Shown here one piece after another: positions 7,256 through 17,400 of a stretch of 63,941 nucleotides of DNA. Under the pieces are notes generated by a model. It did no database searches. It was not told where the DNA came from and saw nothing but the letters and a program-made list of their open reading frames with translations. The translations under genes were made by a program, and so were the position numbers. Numbering within the stretch: the first letter of the stretch is position 1; each line of letters begins with the position of its first letter. This DNA is from Akkermansia muciniphila (GTDB lineage: Bacteria; Verrucomicrobiota; Verrucomicrobiia; Methylacidiphilales; CAMAQI01), in contig CAMCYL010000005.1 in the NCBI GenBank assembly GCA_945883905.1, forward strand, positions 1 to 63,941, written 5' to 3'.

Positions 7256-9127
7256 TTATGCCAGTTTTTCCTTTTGCGGTCCTCTTTGCGTCCAGACCAT
7301 CACTAAACTGAGGTCACTTGGATTCACCCCACTGATTCGACCGGCCTGACCGAAGGTACGCGGTCGGATCTGCTTTAATTTTAATCGGGCCTCTTTTTTG
7401 AGTCCAGGGATTTGGTCGTAATCCAACCAATCGGGAATACCCTTTTCCTCTGAGGATTTCATCTTCTCAATTTGGGCCATCTCACGACCAATATATCCGG
7501 AGTATTTGAATTCGGTTTCCAGTTGAACTGCGACCTCCGGATCGATCTTTTGATACTCCTCCGGGAGATCTTTCCAGAAGAAGGTCGGACGTTTGAGAAG
7601 TTCTGCAAGGCGATCATGACCGATCTTCGCGCTCTGCATTTGGGTTCGGAACTGATCAATCGTCGCAAGCTTTTGTTTGAAATGGGCGTAACGCTCTTCC
7701 GTGACGAGTCCGATCTCCTTGCCGCGTTCTGTTAACCGTTGATCGGCATTATCTTGGCGGAGGAGGAGTCGATATTCAGCACGGGAGGTGAACATTCGAT
7801 AGGGTTCAGCGGTTCCTTTCGTGACAAGATCATCGATGAGGACTCCGATATAGGCTTCGTGACGACCAAGGATAAAGGCCGGTTTTCCTTGAACTTGAAG
7901 GGCGGCATTGATCCCTGCCATCAACCCTTGACCGGCCGCCTCTTCATATCCAGAGGTTCCGTTGATCTGGCCGGCGAAATAAAGCCCTTGGACCTTCTTT
8001 GTTTGAAGGGTCGGGTAAAGTTGGGTCGGGGGACAGAAATCGTATTCGACCGCATAACCAGGACGCATAATCTCTGCCTTTTCCAGTCCTTCGATTGAGC
8101 GAATGAAATCGTATTGAACCTCAAAGGGGAGGGAGGTTGAGCATCCTTGTAGATAAATTTCATCTGTATGACGGCCCTCCGGCTCGAGGAAAAGTTGATG
8201 TCGATCTTTATCGGCAAACTTCACCACCTTATCCTCGATCGAGGGACAGTAGCGAGGGCCGACCCCTTCGATGACCCCGCAATACATGGGTGATTTATCG
8301 AGATTCGCTCGAATGATCTCGTGTGTCTTGGCGGAGGTATAGGTCACCCAACAAGGGATTTGTTCCACGTGGAACTTTCCCTCCCGGTATTCGTTTAATG
8401 TAAAAAGATCTTCGGGGCCCTTCTTGAGGGTATGAACCATGTAAGAAAAAGCAGGGGGAGGGAAGTCGCCCGGTTGAAGGGCAAGGGTCTGGAAGTTGAT
8501 GCTTTGTTTGAGGAGACGGGGAGGGGTTCCGGTTTTGAGGCGTTCGACCTCAAATCCGAGGCGCTTCAGGCATTCGGAAAATCCACTGGCACTATCACCC
8601 ATTCGACCACCCGCTTGATTTTGCAGGCCGACGTGGAGGAGTCCGCGCAAAAAGGTTCCGGTGGTAACGACGACGGCTTTGGCTCGATAATGAACGCCTA
8701 GATTTGTTGTAACTCCTTGAATTACATTGTCTTGCGTAATTAAGTCGGCGATTTGACCCTGTTTCACGTCGAGGTTAGGCTGACGTTCGCAGGTATATTT
8801 AACACGAAATTGGTACGCTTTTTTATCGCATTGGGCCCGTGGACCGCGGACGCTGGGGCCTTTGGAGGCGTTGAGCATTCGGAATTGAATGCCTGTAGCA
8901 TCGGTGTTCATCCCCATTTCGCCTCCGAGGGCATCGATCTCACGGACGAGATGACCTTTTGCAAGTCCACCGATAGCAGGGTTGCAGGACATTTGACCGA
9001 TGGTGTCACAATTCATCGTGAGGAGGAGCGTTTGAGCTCCCATTCGTGCGGAGGCGAGGGCCGCCTCAACTCCAGCATGACCCGCGCCGATGACGATGAC
9101 GTCGTAAATTTTTGGATAAGTAAACAT
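7256..9127 (-). CDS. mnmG: tRNA uridine 5-carboxymethylaminomethyl modification enzyme MnmG (GidA)
   Basis: 623 aa. Has N-terminal YDVIVIGAGHAGVEAA FAD motif, GQINGTSGYEEAAGQGLMAG, and the C-terminal GRISGVNPSDLSLVMVW. Confidence 0.97.
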   Translation of the reverse strand: MFTYPKIYDVIVIGAGHAGVEAALASARMGAQTLLLTMNCDTIGQMSCNPAIGGLAKGHLVREIDALGGEMGMNTDATGIQFRMLNASKGPSVRGPRAQCDKKAYQFRVKYTCERQPNLDVKQGQIADLITQDNVIQGVTTNLGVHYRAKAVVVTTGTFLRGLLHVGLQNQAGGRMGDSASGFSECLKRLGFEVERLKTGTPPRLLKQSINFQTLALQPGDFPPPAFSYMVHTLKKGPEDLFTLNEYREGKFHVEQIPCWVTYTSAKTHEIIRANLDKSPMYCGVIEGVGPRYCPSIEDKVVKFADKDRHQLFLEPEGRHTDEIYLQGCSTSLPFEVQYDFIRSIEGLEKAEIMRPGYAVEYDFCPPTQLYPTLQTKKVQGLYFAGQINGTSGYEEAAGQGLMAGINAALQVQGKPAFILGRHEAYIGVLIDDLVTKGTAEPYRMFTSRAEYRLLLRQDNADQRLTERGKEIGLVTEERYAHFKQKLATIDQFRTQMQSAKIGHDRLAELLKRPTFFWKDLPEEYQKIDPEVAVQLETEFKYSGYIGREMAQIEKMKSSEEKGIPDWLDYDQIPGLKKEARLKLKQIRPRTFGQAGRISGVNPSDLSLVMVWTQRGPQKEKLA

Positions 9128-9169
9128 GGAGGAGCGGGAGGATAAAGGATGATAGGGAAAAAGTCGAAG

Positions 9170-9208
9170 AGATTAACCGCAGAGGACGCTAAGTTCCGCA
9201 AAGGAATA
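9170..9208 (+). repeat. ACCGCAGAGG-type repeat, copy 1, flanking the GxxExxY gene
   Basis: GATTAACCGCAGAGGACGCTAAGTTCCGCAAAGGAATAC. A direct copy lies at 9707-9745 and an inverted copy at 9855-9892. Confidence 0.8.
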
Positions 9209-9223
9209 CAAATTCATTTTTAT

Positions 9224-9649
9224 TTAAAAACTAAAGTCGTTCTCTGGAGTAGAGAAAGATTGGGGTTCTTTGAAATGGTGGACGAGGCGTTTGATGCCGC
9301 GGCGAAGATGGAGGGTATGAAAGTTGATGAGGAGCCCTAAGGTTAGATGTGAAAGTTTGAGATAGGTAAGAAGTTGAGCTTCGTGAATGGGGGTGAGTGT
9401 TTCAACGGCTTTGACTTCGATGAGAATGGATTTTTCAACCATGAGATCGATTCGGTAGCCGCAATCGATCGTGACGGAATCATAGTGAAGAGGGAGATGA
9501 ATTTGACGATCCGTGGCGAGGTTTAATTTATGAAGTTCGTATGCAAGGCAAGCTTCGTAACTTGATTCTAATAATCCCGGTCCGAGGGAAGTGTGCACGC
9601 GCATGGCGGCCCCGATGATTTCATGCGAGAGAAGATTTAAGGAAGACAT
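9224..9649 (-). CDS. GxxExxY protein (PD-(D/E)XK-like family)
   Basis: HEIIGAAMRVHTSLGPGLLESSYEACLAYEL contains the eponymous GLLESSYE motif. DLMVEKSILIEVKAV is the nuclease-like core. Confidence 0.9.
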   Translation of the reverse strand: MSSLNLLSHEIIGAAMRVHTSLGPGLLESSYEACLAYELHKLNLATDRQIHLPLHYDSVTIDCGYRIDLMVEKSILIEVKAVETLTPIHEAQLLTYLKLSHLTLGLLINFHTLHLRRGIKRLVHHFKEPQSFSTPENDFSF

Positions 9650-9706
9650 AAGTATGCAGTGGAAGACGCATGCGGAGTCGTCAAGTGGTGGGGAGAAAAC
9701 AAGGAT

Positions 9707-9892
9707 GATTGACCGCAGAGGAGGCCGAATTCCGCAAGGGAATACGAAACCATTATTACCCGAGAGCCTCCAGCTTCATGCAAGCTCTGGCGGACAAATA
9801 CAGTCTCCGGGTTTCAAATGTATTTAGGGTTTAAAACAGAATCCCGATGTGTTGGTATTCCTTTGCGTTCCTCAGCGCTCTCTGCGGTTAAC
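9707..9892. repeat. Inverted pair of ACCGCAGAGG-type repeats (9707-9745 and 9855-9892), a hairpin or MITE-like unit
   Basis: GATTGACCGCAGAGGAGGCCGAATTCCGCAAGGGAATAC is approximately the reverse complement of GTATTCCTTTGCGTTCCTCAGCGCTCTCTGCGGTTAAC. Confidence 0.75.
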
Positions 9893-9984
9893 TTCTTTTC
9901 CTCTCTTGTCGACTAAGGCGTTGACACCCACAGCCGAGGAGTGATCACCACGATTTGTAATCAGGCGAAATCTTTAGTATTGCT

Positions 9985-10009
9985 AAATGTAACAAATGGT
10001 ATTACATTT
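9985..10009 (+). promoter_or_regulatory. Putative operator (8-bp inverted repeat AAATGTAA-N9-TTACATTT) upstream of vapB
   Basis: A perfect inverted repeat a few nt upstream of the RHH antitoxin start at 10016, overlapping a possible TTGCTA...TATTAC promoter. Confidence 0.35.
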
Positions 10010-10015
10010 CATTTT

Positions 10016-10258
10016 ATGAAAACCATCAGTCTGAAACTTTCACAAGATCTGGAAAGGGAGATTCGTACGGCTGCAGAGCATCAAGGAATCCGGCTTTCGG
10101 AATGGATTCGGGCAGCGATGGAGGAGAGGCTAAAAAAAGAGCCTCGAAAGAAGCGATTGACGGCGGCAGATACGTTTGGGAAGTATCTGGGGATCGCAGG
10201 AGATGGGTCACATGATTTGTCCACCAATCCCAAACATATGGAAGGATTTGGAAAATGA
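10016..10258 (+). CDS. vapB: RHH (CopG/VapB-like) antitoxin
   Basis: MKTISLKLSQDLEREIRTAAEHQGIRLSEWIRAAMEERL. The stop overlaps the start of the PIN gene (ATGA at 10255). Confidence 0.8.
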   Translation: MKTISLKLSQDLEREIRTAAEHQGIRLSEWIRAAMEERLKKEPRKKRLTAADTFGKYLGIAGDGSHDLSTNPKHMEGFGK

Positions 10259-10662
10259 ATCTCGTGATGGATACAGGTCCTCTGGTTGCTATATTAAATC
10301 CCCGTGACCAATATCATTCGCAAATTGCGGCACTTCTTCCTTCATTGCCACAAACGTGGAAGACCTGCGAAGCGGTGATCACAGAGGCCTTATTTCTTTT
10401 CCAAAATAATGCCAGGGCCGTTGAGGGTTTGGGGAAAATGCTTCGGGAATCGATTCTCGAACTCGACTATTCGGCGAATCAAGACCTTGGAGTGATATTC
10501 CGAGAAATGAAATCCTATCAAAAACTTCCAATGTCCTTTGCGGATGCTTGTTTGGTTCGGATGATGGAGCGGGAGAAAAACGCACGGCTTTTTACATTGG
10601 ACCGCCATTTTGAGGTTTATCGGTATAAAGGGAGACGACTGATACCGCGGGTGGAAATTTAA
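10255..10662 (+). CDS. vapC: PIN-domain toxin (VapC family)
   Basis: MNLVMDTGPLVAILNPRD, SFADACLVRMME, and FTLDRHF. Confidence 0.85.
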   Translation: MNLVMDTGPLVAILNPRDQYHSQIAALLPSLPQTWKTCEAVITEALFLFQNNARAVEGLGKMLRESILELDYSANQDLGVIFREMKSYQKLPMSFADACLVRMMEREKNARLFTLDRHFEVYRYKGRRLIPRVEI

Positions 10663-10727
10663 AGAGCCAATTACTCAGGGCAGTTCTATTGACGACTGGA
10701 GGAAAGTCTCCTAAAGAAGAAGAAACG

Positions 10728-11831
10728 ATGTCGAAGTCACTCAATACCATTCAAATCGAAGGTTTTAAATCGATCAAATCCTTGAATTTGAAGATGGAAA
10801 AGATGAATGTATTGGTAGGAGCAAATGGATCCGGGAAAAGTAATTTCATTCATTTTTTCAAGATGCTCTCCCAAATGGCACAAGGAAATCTACAGGGATT
10901 TATAACAAAGAATGCTGGAAGCATGGGCTACTTTTTTGAAGGGCCAAAAAAAACCCCCATTTTTAAATCTACAATGATATTTGGATCAAATGGATATCGA
11001 TTTGAGGCCTCTTCGACGGTTGATCAAAAAATCCTCATTGATTCTGAGGAGACCTATTACGAATGGCGAGGATCAAAGTGGCAAATTGAAAATAAAGGCG
11101 TTTTGGAGTCAGGACTGAAAGATTGGGATAGTAGAAAATCTCCTTATAATGATGGGCCTGGGGTGCAATTCTATGTGGAAAAAGCAATAAAGGGATGGAC
11201 CTTTTATCATTTTCATGACACGAGCGAGCGATCAGAGCTTAGACTTCCTTCCAAAGTCTATGATAATCGCATGCTTCGATCATATGGTGATAATCTCGCC
11301 TCCGTTCTTTGGAAGATGCGCGAAAATACGCCTCAGGCTTATGCACGTATTATCATAACAGTACAAATGGTAGCGCCATTTTTTGAAGATTTCATCTTGG
11401 AACCAGAAAAATCATCAAATGATGAGCAAATCACACTACAATGGAAACAAAAGGGATCTGACTTTCCATTTCAAATTTTTCATTTATCGGATGGTACGCT
11501 CCGTTTTATCGCTCTCGTTACGGCACTTTTTCAACCTACACTACCGACGACCATTCTCATTGATGAACCTGAGTTAGGACTTCATCCGTATGCACTCCAT
11601 ATCCTTTCGCAACTTCTTTGGGAGGTCAGCGATCGAACACAAATTATTATCTCCACGCAGTCGTCGACTTTGATGAGTCATTTTCATCCAGAAGATCTAA
11701 TAATTGTGGATCGTTTTGAAGGGGCTTCACGTTTTAGGAGGCTGGAGAATGAGGATTATGAAGCGTGGCTGGAAGAATATAATTTAGGAGATCTCGTTGA
11801 AAAAAATGTGATTGAAGCGGGGCCAAAATGA
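10728..11831 (+). CDS. AAA_15/AAA_21 (ABC/SMC-like) ATPase, OLD/GajA/PtuA/AriA-like N-domain type
   Basis: IQIEGFKSIKSLNLKMEKMNVLVGANGSGKSNFIHFFKML (Walker A), TILIDEPELGLHP (Walker B), and IISTQS. The ATG at 10728 is preferred over the upstream TTG at 10689. Confidence 0.85.
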   Translation: MSKSLNTIQIEGFKSIKSLNLKMEKMNVLVGANGSGKSNFIHFFKMLSQMAQGNLQGFITKNAGSMGYFFEGPKKTPIFKSTMIFGSNGYRFEASSTVDQKILIDSEETYYEWRGSKWQIENKGVLESGLKDWDSRKSPYNDGPGVQFYVEKAIKGWTFYHFHDTSERSELRLPSKVYDNRMLRSYGDNLASVLWKMRENTPQAYARIIITVQMVAPFFEDFILEPEKSSNDEQITLQWKQKGSDFPFQIFHLSDGTLRFIALVTALFQPTLPTTILIDEPELGLHPYALHILSQLLWEVSDRTQIIISTQSSTLMSHFHPEDLIIVDRFEGASRFRRLENEDYEAWLEEYNLGDLVEKNVIEAGPK

Positions 11832-12508
11832 GGCCCCTCTTTATTTTAGTTGAAGGAGCGACGGAAAGAGGTGTGGTGGAGAGTGTTTTCGCTCGAGATC
11901 TCGCTGAAAAGCGGGTGTATCTTTATGCTAAGGATATGAAAGGAAATAGATTTGAGCGCTTCATCAACGAAGTGGAGAAATTCGCAAAAGACTCTCGCGA
12001 TCCTTTGATCACGATGATGTTTGATTATTATGGAATGAAAGGTAAATGGCCGGGAACAGCACAGCCTTCAGGGTCAACTCCTCATGAAATCGCTTTGAGC
12101 GTGGAGCGGATGATCTCTCAAGAAGTAGAAAAAAGACTAGGAAGTAATATTGCAAACCGTTTTATTCCTTATGTTCAAATGCATGAATTGGAGACGCTTC
12201 TTTACGCAGATCCAGAAATTACATCGGAGTTGCTTCAGCAGCCAGAAAAAGCAGAGATTATGAAGAGGGAGATTTCGGAGGCGGGAGAATGCGAAAAAAT
12301 TAATAATAGCAAAGAAACCTGCCCGGCCAAAAGGATCTCAGGGCATTTTTCAAATTACAAAAAAGGAGATTTAAAAAGTAGCAAACGCATCGGAGAAAGT
12401 CGTCTCCAGGCCATGTCCATTTTAGGCAAAATTGGCATACCCCAATTAAAGAAAACCTGTCCGCATTTCGCTTATTGGTATAACCATCTTGAAACTCTAG
12501 GAGACTAG
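11828..12508 (+). CDS. DUF4276-family protein (Toprim-like, predicted nuclease partner of the ATPase)
   Basis: MRPLFILVEGATERGVVESVF N-terminus, VQMHELETLLYADPE, CPAKRISGHF..YKK, and C-terminal CPHFAYWYNHL match the DUF4276 pattern as I recall it. The start overlaps the ATPase stop (ATGA). Confidence 0.75.
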   Translation: MRPLFILVEGATERGVVESVFARDLAEKRVYLYAKDMKGNRFERFINEVEKFAKDSRDPLITMMFDYYGMKGKWPGTAQPSGSTPHEIALSVERMISQEVEKRLGSNIANRFIPYVQMHELETLLYADPEITSELLQQPEKAEIMKREISEAGECEKINNSKETCPAKRISGHFSNYKKGDLKSSKRIGESRLQAMSILGKIGIPQLKKTCPHFAYWYNHLETLGD

Positions 12509-12652
12509 AAGTGATCCCATCTTTCGCTCATATTAATTAATTTTCCGTTCCACTTGAGGTCGAAAAACCTTTAGAAAAAGCCAAAAAAAAGATGAATTCT
12601 CGTAATAAATGTATTGCGATCCCGTCTGGAGAAATAATTTCATAATCGATCT

Positions 12653-14443
12653 ATGAACTCCTTTCTTGAATTCAAACCGTTTATCTTAGCCCTTGATTCA
12701 AAAATCAAGGCTCTGAGCAAAGAGGAGCTTCATGGACTTTTGATGGGGGTCGGTCAGAAGCTTCGGCCTGAAGAGCGGCAGATGTTTTTGGATCAATTTC
12801 AGAAGTCTCCGGAAAAAAATGCCGGCGTGATTTTCCAAAAGCTTGCGGATCATCATCCACTTCTTCAAAAAATCCAGGTGTGGGTCAAAAGGATGGAGGA
12901 GCGAGCCTCAAAGATCGAAAGTGGGGAAATCTGGAATGAGCGGGAATATCAAAATCTTAAGGGAAGAGATTGGTATGAAAGGAAAGATCCCGAACTTTTT
13001 AACGAAAACCATGAGGAAAAACTTCGGGAATTTTTGGCGAACGCCCACGACTATTTTTTGAACGGAGAATTTGCCGCGGCAAGGGATCTTTACGAAGAGC
13101 TCCTTTTTGTCGGACAAGAACGAGATTATTGGCATATCCATCCTTTAGACAAAGATCAGGAGACGTGGTCTCGCTATATCCGATCGGTTTATGAAATTCG
13201 TAAAGAGTACCCCCATCCGATGGAATCACTTTTTAGAGTTTTGACGGAGAGGCGATCAAAGGAAGGGCGTTCCGATGCACCAAAACATCAGAAAATGACA
13301 TGGGATGATCGGACCCCTGATTTTTCTACGGAGGCTTTTTATGTTTCATGGATCGCAGTGGAGAATTCTTTTCCAAAACAGATCGACTTTCCTGAAAATT
13401 TTTTCACTGACTGGGAATCTTTTTTGAAGAAAAAAGCCTCTGTAGAGAATGATCGTCGGGCCTTTTACCGGCTTTTGGAGTCCATTTATCACCGCAAGGA
13501 GGAGGTCATGCTCGGAACCGTGGTGCGAGAATTTTCTGCGGTTTTTCCGCAAGGATGGCGTTATTGGACTCAGCGACTCATACAAGAGGGACGAATCTGC
13601 GATTATAAAATGGTGGCCCAAGAGGCGATCTCTTTTTTAGAGATGAATCCTTCAGCGGAAACAATCCTCGAAGCCCTTTGTCGGGATCTACGTCTTGTCG
13701 TTCGTTCGGAAAAAGAGCAAGAGCCGGAGATGAAATTGGTGCAGCGGATTTTCCGTCTTACAAAAAGGGATGAAGATTGGCTCCTCCGGATGAATCTGGC
13801 GAAAGAGATGGGACGTGCGGAAGAAGAATTGGAATTGATTTTGGAGGAGCTTGGAAAAGAGAAGCATCAAAGGCTTCGATGGAAAACGCTTTTGGCGTTG
13901 GGACGTTTGGAGGAAGTATTTAATCTTCGAGAGGGGGATTGGTCGGATGAGAGATGGGATTTAAGGGATCTTCAGAAATTTCTTGCTCCGGTGTTTATGG
14001 CTTTTCTCCAGGGGAGTCCTCCGTCGGAGGGCTCAGCACTTCGCCAATGGCTCAGGGAGGAAGTGGATCGGGACGGATATTTATCCGAATCAATTCCATT
14101 GTCCGGATCGATCTCGATGTGGGTTTTGGAAAAGATTTCAGGATATAGAGTCGGAGATGAACTCCGAAAGCCTTGGATGAGTCTGGCAAAATCGATCGGA
14201 CTTGAAGAGGTAGAGCAGATACTTTCCCAGAGGAATCGGGCCTCTTACTCAAAAGCGGCGATGATCATCGCGGGGATCGCGCAAGGGCTCGTAGGAATTG
14301 AGGCAGAGTCGCCAGAAGCAAGGGAGATGATTCAAGAGACGGTTTATCTCAAGTATCGACGGCTTTCGGCATTCAAAGGGGAATGGAGGGAGTGGATGAA
14401 GAAAAGTGGTTTGGAAGCTTTGATAACGGAAAAAGCGGGATAA
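12653..14443 (+). CDS. Hypothetical 596-aa protein, predicted all-alpha and rich in E/K/R/W, with no recognised domain
   Basis: A long uninterrupted ORF, co-directional with the SWIM-SNF2 gene and 42 nt upstream of it. I recognise no catalytic motif. Confidence 0.6.
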   Translation: MNSFLEFKPFILALDSKIKALSKEELHGLLMGVGQKLRPEERQMFLDQFQKSPEKNAGVIFQKLADHHPLLQKIQVWVKRMEERASKIESGEIWNEREYQNLKGRDWYERKDPELFNENHEEKLREFLANAHDYFLNGEFAAARDLYEELLFVGQERDYWHIHPLDKDQETWSRYIRSVYEIRKEYPHPMESLFRVLTERRSKEGRSDAPKHQKMTWDDRTPDFSTEAFYVSWIAVENSFPKQIDFPENFFTDWESFLKKKASVENDRRAFYRLLESIYHRKEEVMLGTVVREFSAVFPQGWRYWTQRLIQEGRICDYKMVAQEAISFLEMNPSAETILEALCRDLRLVVRSEKEQEPEMKLVQRIFRLTKRDEDWLLRMNLAKEMGRAEEELELILEELGKEKHQRLRWKTLLALGRLEEVFNLREGDWSDERWDLRDLQKFLAPVFMAFLQGSPPSEGSALRQWLREEVDRDGYLSESIPLSGSISMWVLEKISGYRVGDELRKPWMSLAKSIGLEEVEQILSQRNRASYSKAAMIIAGIAQGLVGIEAESPEAREMIQETVYLKYRRLSAFKGEWREWMKKSGLEALITEKAG

Positions 14444-14485
14444 ATCGACTCGACGTGCGAAACGAGGAAGGGTTGATTGGTAATC

Positions 14486-17400
14486 ATGAATGAATCGCTC
14501 CCTCCTCAAGTCGAATCACTTCTCGATCATTACAGTCGTGAGACGAGAGCGAGGGGAGAGGCCTATTTTAAAGCTGGAAGGGTCGGCATTAGCTCAACCT
14601 CGAAATGGGATCGTTCAATTCAAATTAAGGGAGGTGTCCGAGGGAGTCGATCTCAGCCCTATGACCTATCGATCGTCATTAGTCTCACTTCAAAAGAGGC
14701 TTCCGTGGCCAGTTCTTCATGCAGTTGCCCCGTCGGCTATTTTTGTAAGCATGGGGTGGCGACGATTCTTCAGGCTAACTCCGAGAATCCCGCTCTTTTT
14801 TCCACCGTGGTCTCATCCATAGCTCCAAAATCAAACATAAGTTCCGCAAAAAAGATCCAAGAAACTCCCATCAATAAATCTTTCACAACTCCTACTCAAC
14901 AAGAAATTTCACCGGCCCTCCGGAAATGGTTGGAGGAAGAAGAGAAGGAGCAAGAATTCATTTCGACTGTACATGAGGAAAAACATCTTTTTCTGGAATT
15001 GGATATTAAAAAAAACCAAAATTTTTCTGTTCCAACTTATCATTTGTATTCAGCGATTTCAATCGAACCCTCATTCAAGATTCATACGCGTTGGCAAAAA
15101 ATAGGCCCCTATGATATTGCGACTTTGGCGCAGTTGAAAGATCCGGAAACGGTCCAGCTTTTTCAGAAATTGATCGTCGCACGCACCTTGCAAAACAACG
15201 TGGAGAATTTCAATAGGGGACTGGTTGACATTCACGAAATTTTAGTGATCGCTGCGAACTTGGGACGGCTTTTACCACCGAATCAAAAAAACAAACTTGT
15301 CCGAGTAGGAGAACCGAAAACAGCGAAGGCGGTCTGGATCACAGATTCGTTGGGGAATCTCACACCTGGATTTGAGTTTGAAATGAAACAACTTCAATTT
15401 CTTCATCTTCCGCGGCCCTTTTATTGGAATCGGGAGACCTTGGAAATTGGTGCTGTTGATTGTGGGATGAATCCCATTGAATTGCAAAAATGGTTGTCGG
15501 CTCCCGAGATTAAATTGCAGGAGGTTTCAAAAGTCGCCGAAAAAATGGTCGAAAAACATTCCACGCTTCCACCGCCGAAAGAAGTGAAATTAGTGGTGGT
15601 GGAAAATCCAATCAAAGAGGCCTTTCTTTATCTTCGACCTTCAAAGCGCTACGACCTTCCGGAAGGGATAGCGGAAGTCATTTATCATTATGATTCAGAA
15701 AGGGTCTCTCCACAAATGCCCGGCACGTGGATTCACAAAAGCACTCCCGAGGGGATCATTCGAATTACCCGAGATCTCGCATGGGAAAAAATAAAGCTGC
15801 AGGAATTAAAAAACGCACAGTTGTTCGACCTCAGTGAGACCGTTGGAAAAGGAGCTAAGGCATTGATTTTGGGACCAGATCCAGATCCAGATCCTTATGG
15901 GATCATGGATGAGGATGAGGGATGGGAAGATGATTGGGAGGAGGATCTTGAAGAGGAGAGTGACGAAGAGTTCTGGCGGAATTTTTTGGAGAAGGGCCTC
16001 CCTAAGTTGCAAAAACTGGGATGGATCGTCCAAATCGATTCACAGTTCCCCTACCGTAAGATCGAGATTGAGTCGTGGTACTCCGATCTTTCGACAGAAG
16101 GAAAAGGGGGAGAATGGTTCTCCTTGGATTTGGGGATTCAGGTAGAGGGAGAAAAAATTCCGTTGATCCCAATTCTGATGCGATGGCTTCGCTCCTTCGA
16201 CAATGCCTCCGAGGCAAAGGATTACCTGAAAAACCGCATGGAAGAGACCATCTCAATGGAATTGGAGGATGGACGAAAAATTCTTTTGCCCACGGAGCGT
16301 GTTCGAACGATGTGCCATCTCTTCGTCGAAATTTTCGATCAGGAATCTTCGGGGCGAATGCTGCGCTTGAATAAATTTTCGGCAGCGATGGCTTTTGACT
16401 CCTTGGGCGATTGGGATCTTCCGTGGAAACCGTTAAAGTCTTTGGAGGTGATCCGCGATTCGATCCGTGGAGCTTTGAAACCGAAAGGGGTGGGTAAGAT
16501 TTCAGGGCTAAAGGCCGAGCTCCGTCCCTATCAGCAGGAGGGAATCGGATGGTTAAAATCACTCTCCACGGGATCTCTCGGCGGAATTTTGGCCGATGAC
16601 ATGGGATTGGGAAAAACGATTCAAACCCTTGCCTGGATCTGCGGCGTGATGAAGGAAAAAAAGGGCCCAGCTCTCGTCGTCGCCCCCAAGAGTCTCATGG
16701 CGAATTGGATGGCGGAAGCGGAACGTTTCGCTCCTCATTTGAAAGTGCATCTTTCCCATGGAAAAGAGCGGACAAAATCTGAAGGGACGTTGAAAAAAGC
16801 GGATCTCGTCTTGACGACCTATGCGTTACTTTTGCAGGACGATGAGCTGCTTCAGAAGATAGAATTCCACGCAATTTTTCTCGATGAGGCGCAGACCATC
16901 AAAAATTCGAAGTCGAAATATTTCGAGAAAGCGTGCGCGCTTAAGGGGAAAAATCGTTTCTGTCTGACAGGGACGCCATTAGAAAATCATCTTGGAGAAC
17001 TCTGGTCTCTTTTTCAATTTACTAATCCTGGTTATTTAGGAAGTGAAAAACAATTCAAAACCCTCTTTAGAAATCCGATTGAAAAGGAGTCTGATAACTT
17101 TTGTTTGGAATCGTTAAAACGTCGAATTCAGCCGTTTATGCTTCGTCGCACAAAGGATCTTGTGGCAAAGGAACTTCCCGCGAAAACGGAACAGATCCAA
17201 CGAGTTACTTTGGAGAGTGAGCAGCGGGATCTTTATGAAACGCTGCGGGTGATGATGGATAAACGGATCCGCGATGAGATTCGCAAAAAAGGATTTGCCC
17301 GATCTCAGATTACTATTTTAGATGCACTTCTTAAACTCCGACAATGTTGTTGTGATCCGAGATTGCTGAAAGTGGATGCCGCCAGAAAAGTAAAATCATC

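Noticed and set aside
7459-9145. ORFs antisense or off-frame to mnmG (7739-8098, 8432-8701, 8753-9145 and others)
   Set aside because: Shadow ORFs of a highly conserved gene.
15875-15894. Short tandem repeat (CCAGAT)3, considered as a possible CRISPR or VNTR signal
   Set aside because: It encodes the DPDPDPDP acidic linker inside the SNF2 ORF. No repeat-spacer architecture exists anywhere in the window, and no cas genes are present.
16002-16562. 186-aa antisense ORF within the SNF2 helicase gene
   Set aside because: A shadow ORF opposite a well-supported CDS, with low-complexity P/R/S-rich translation.
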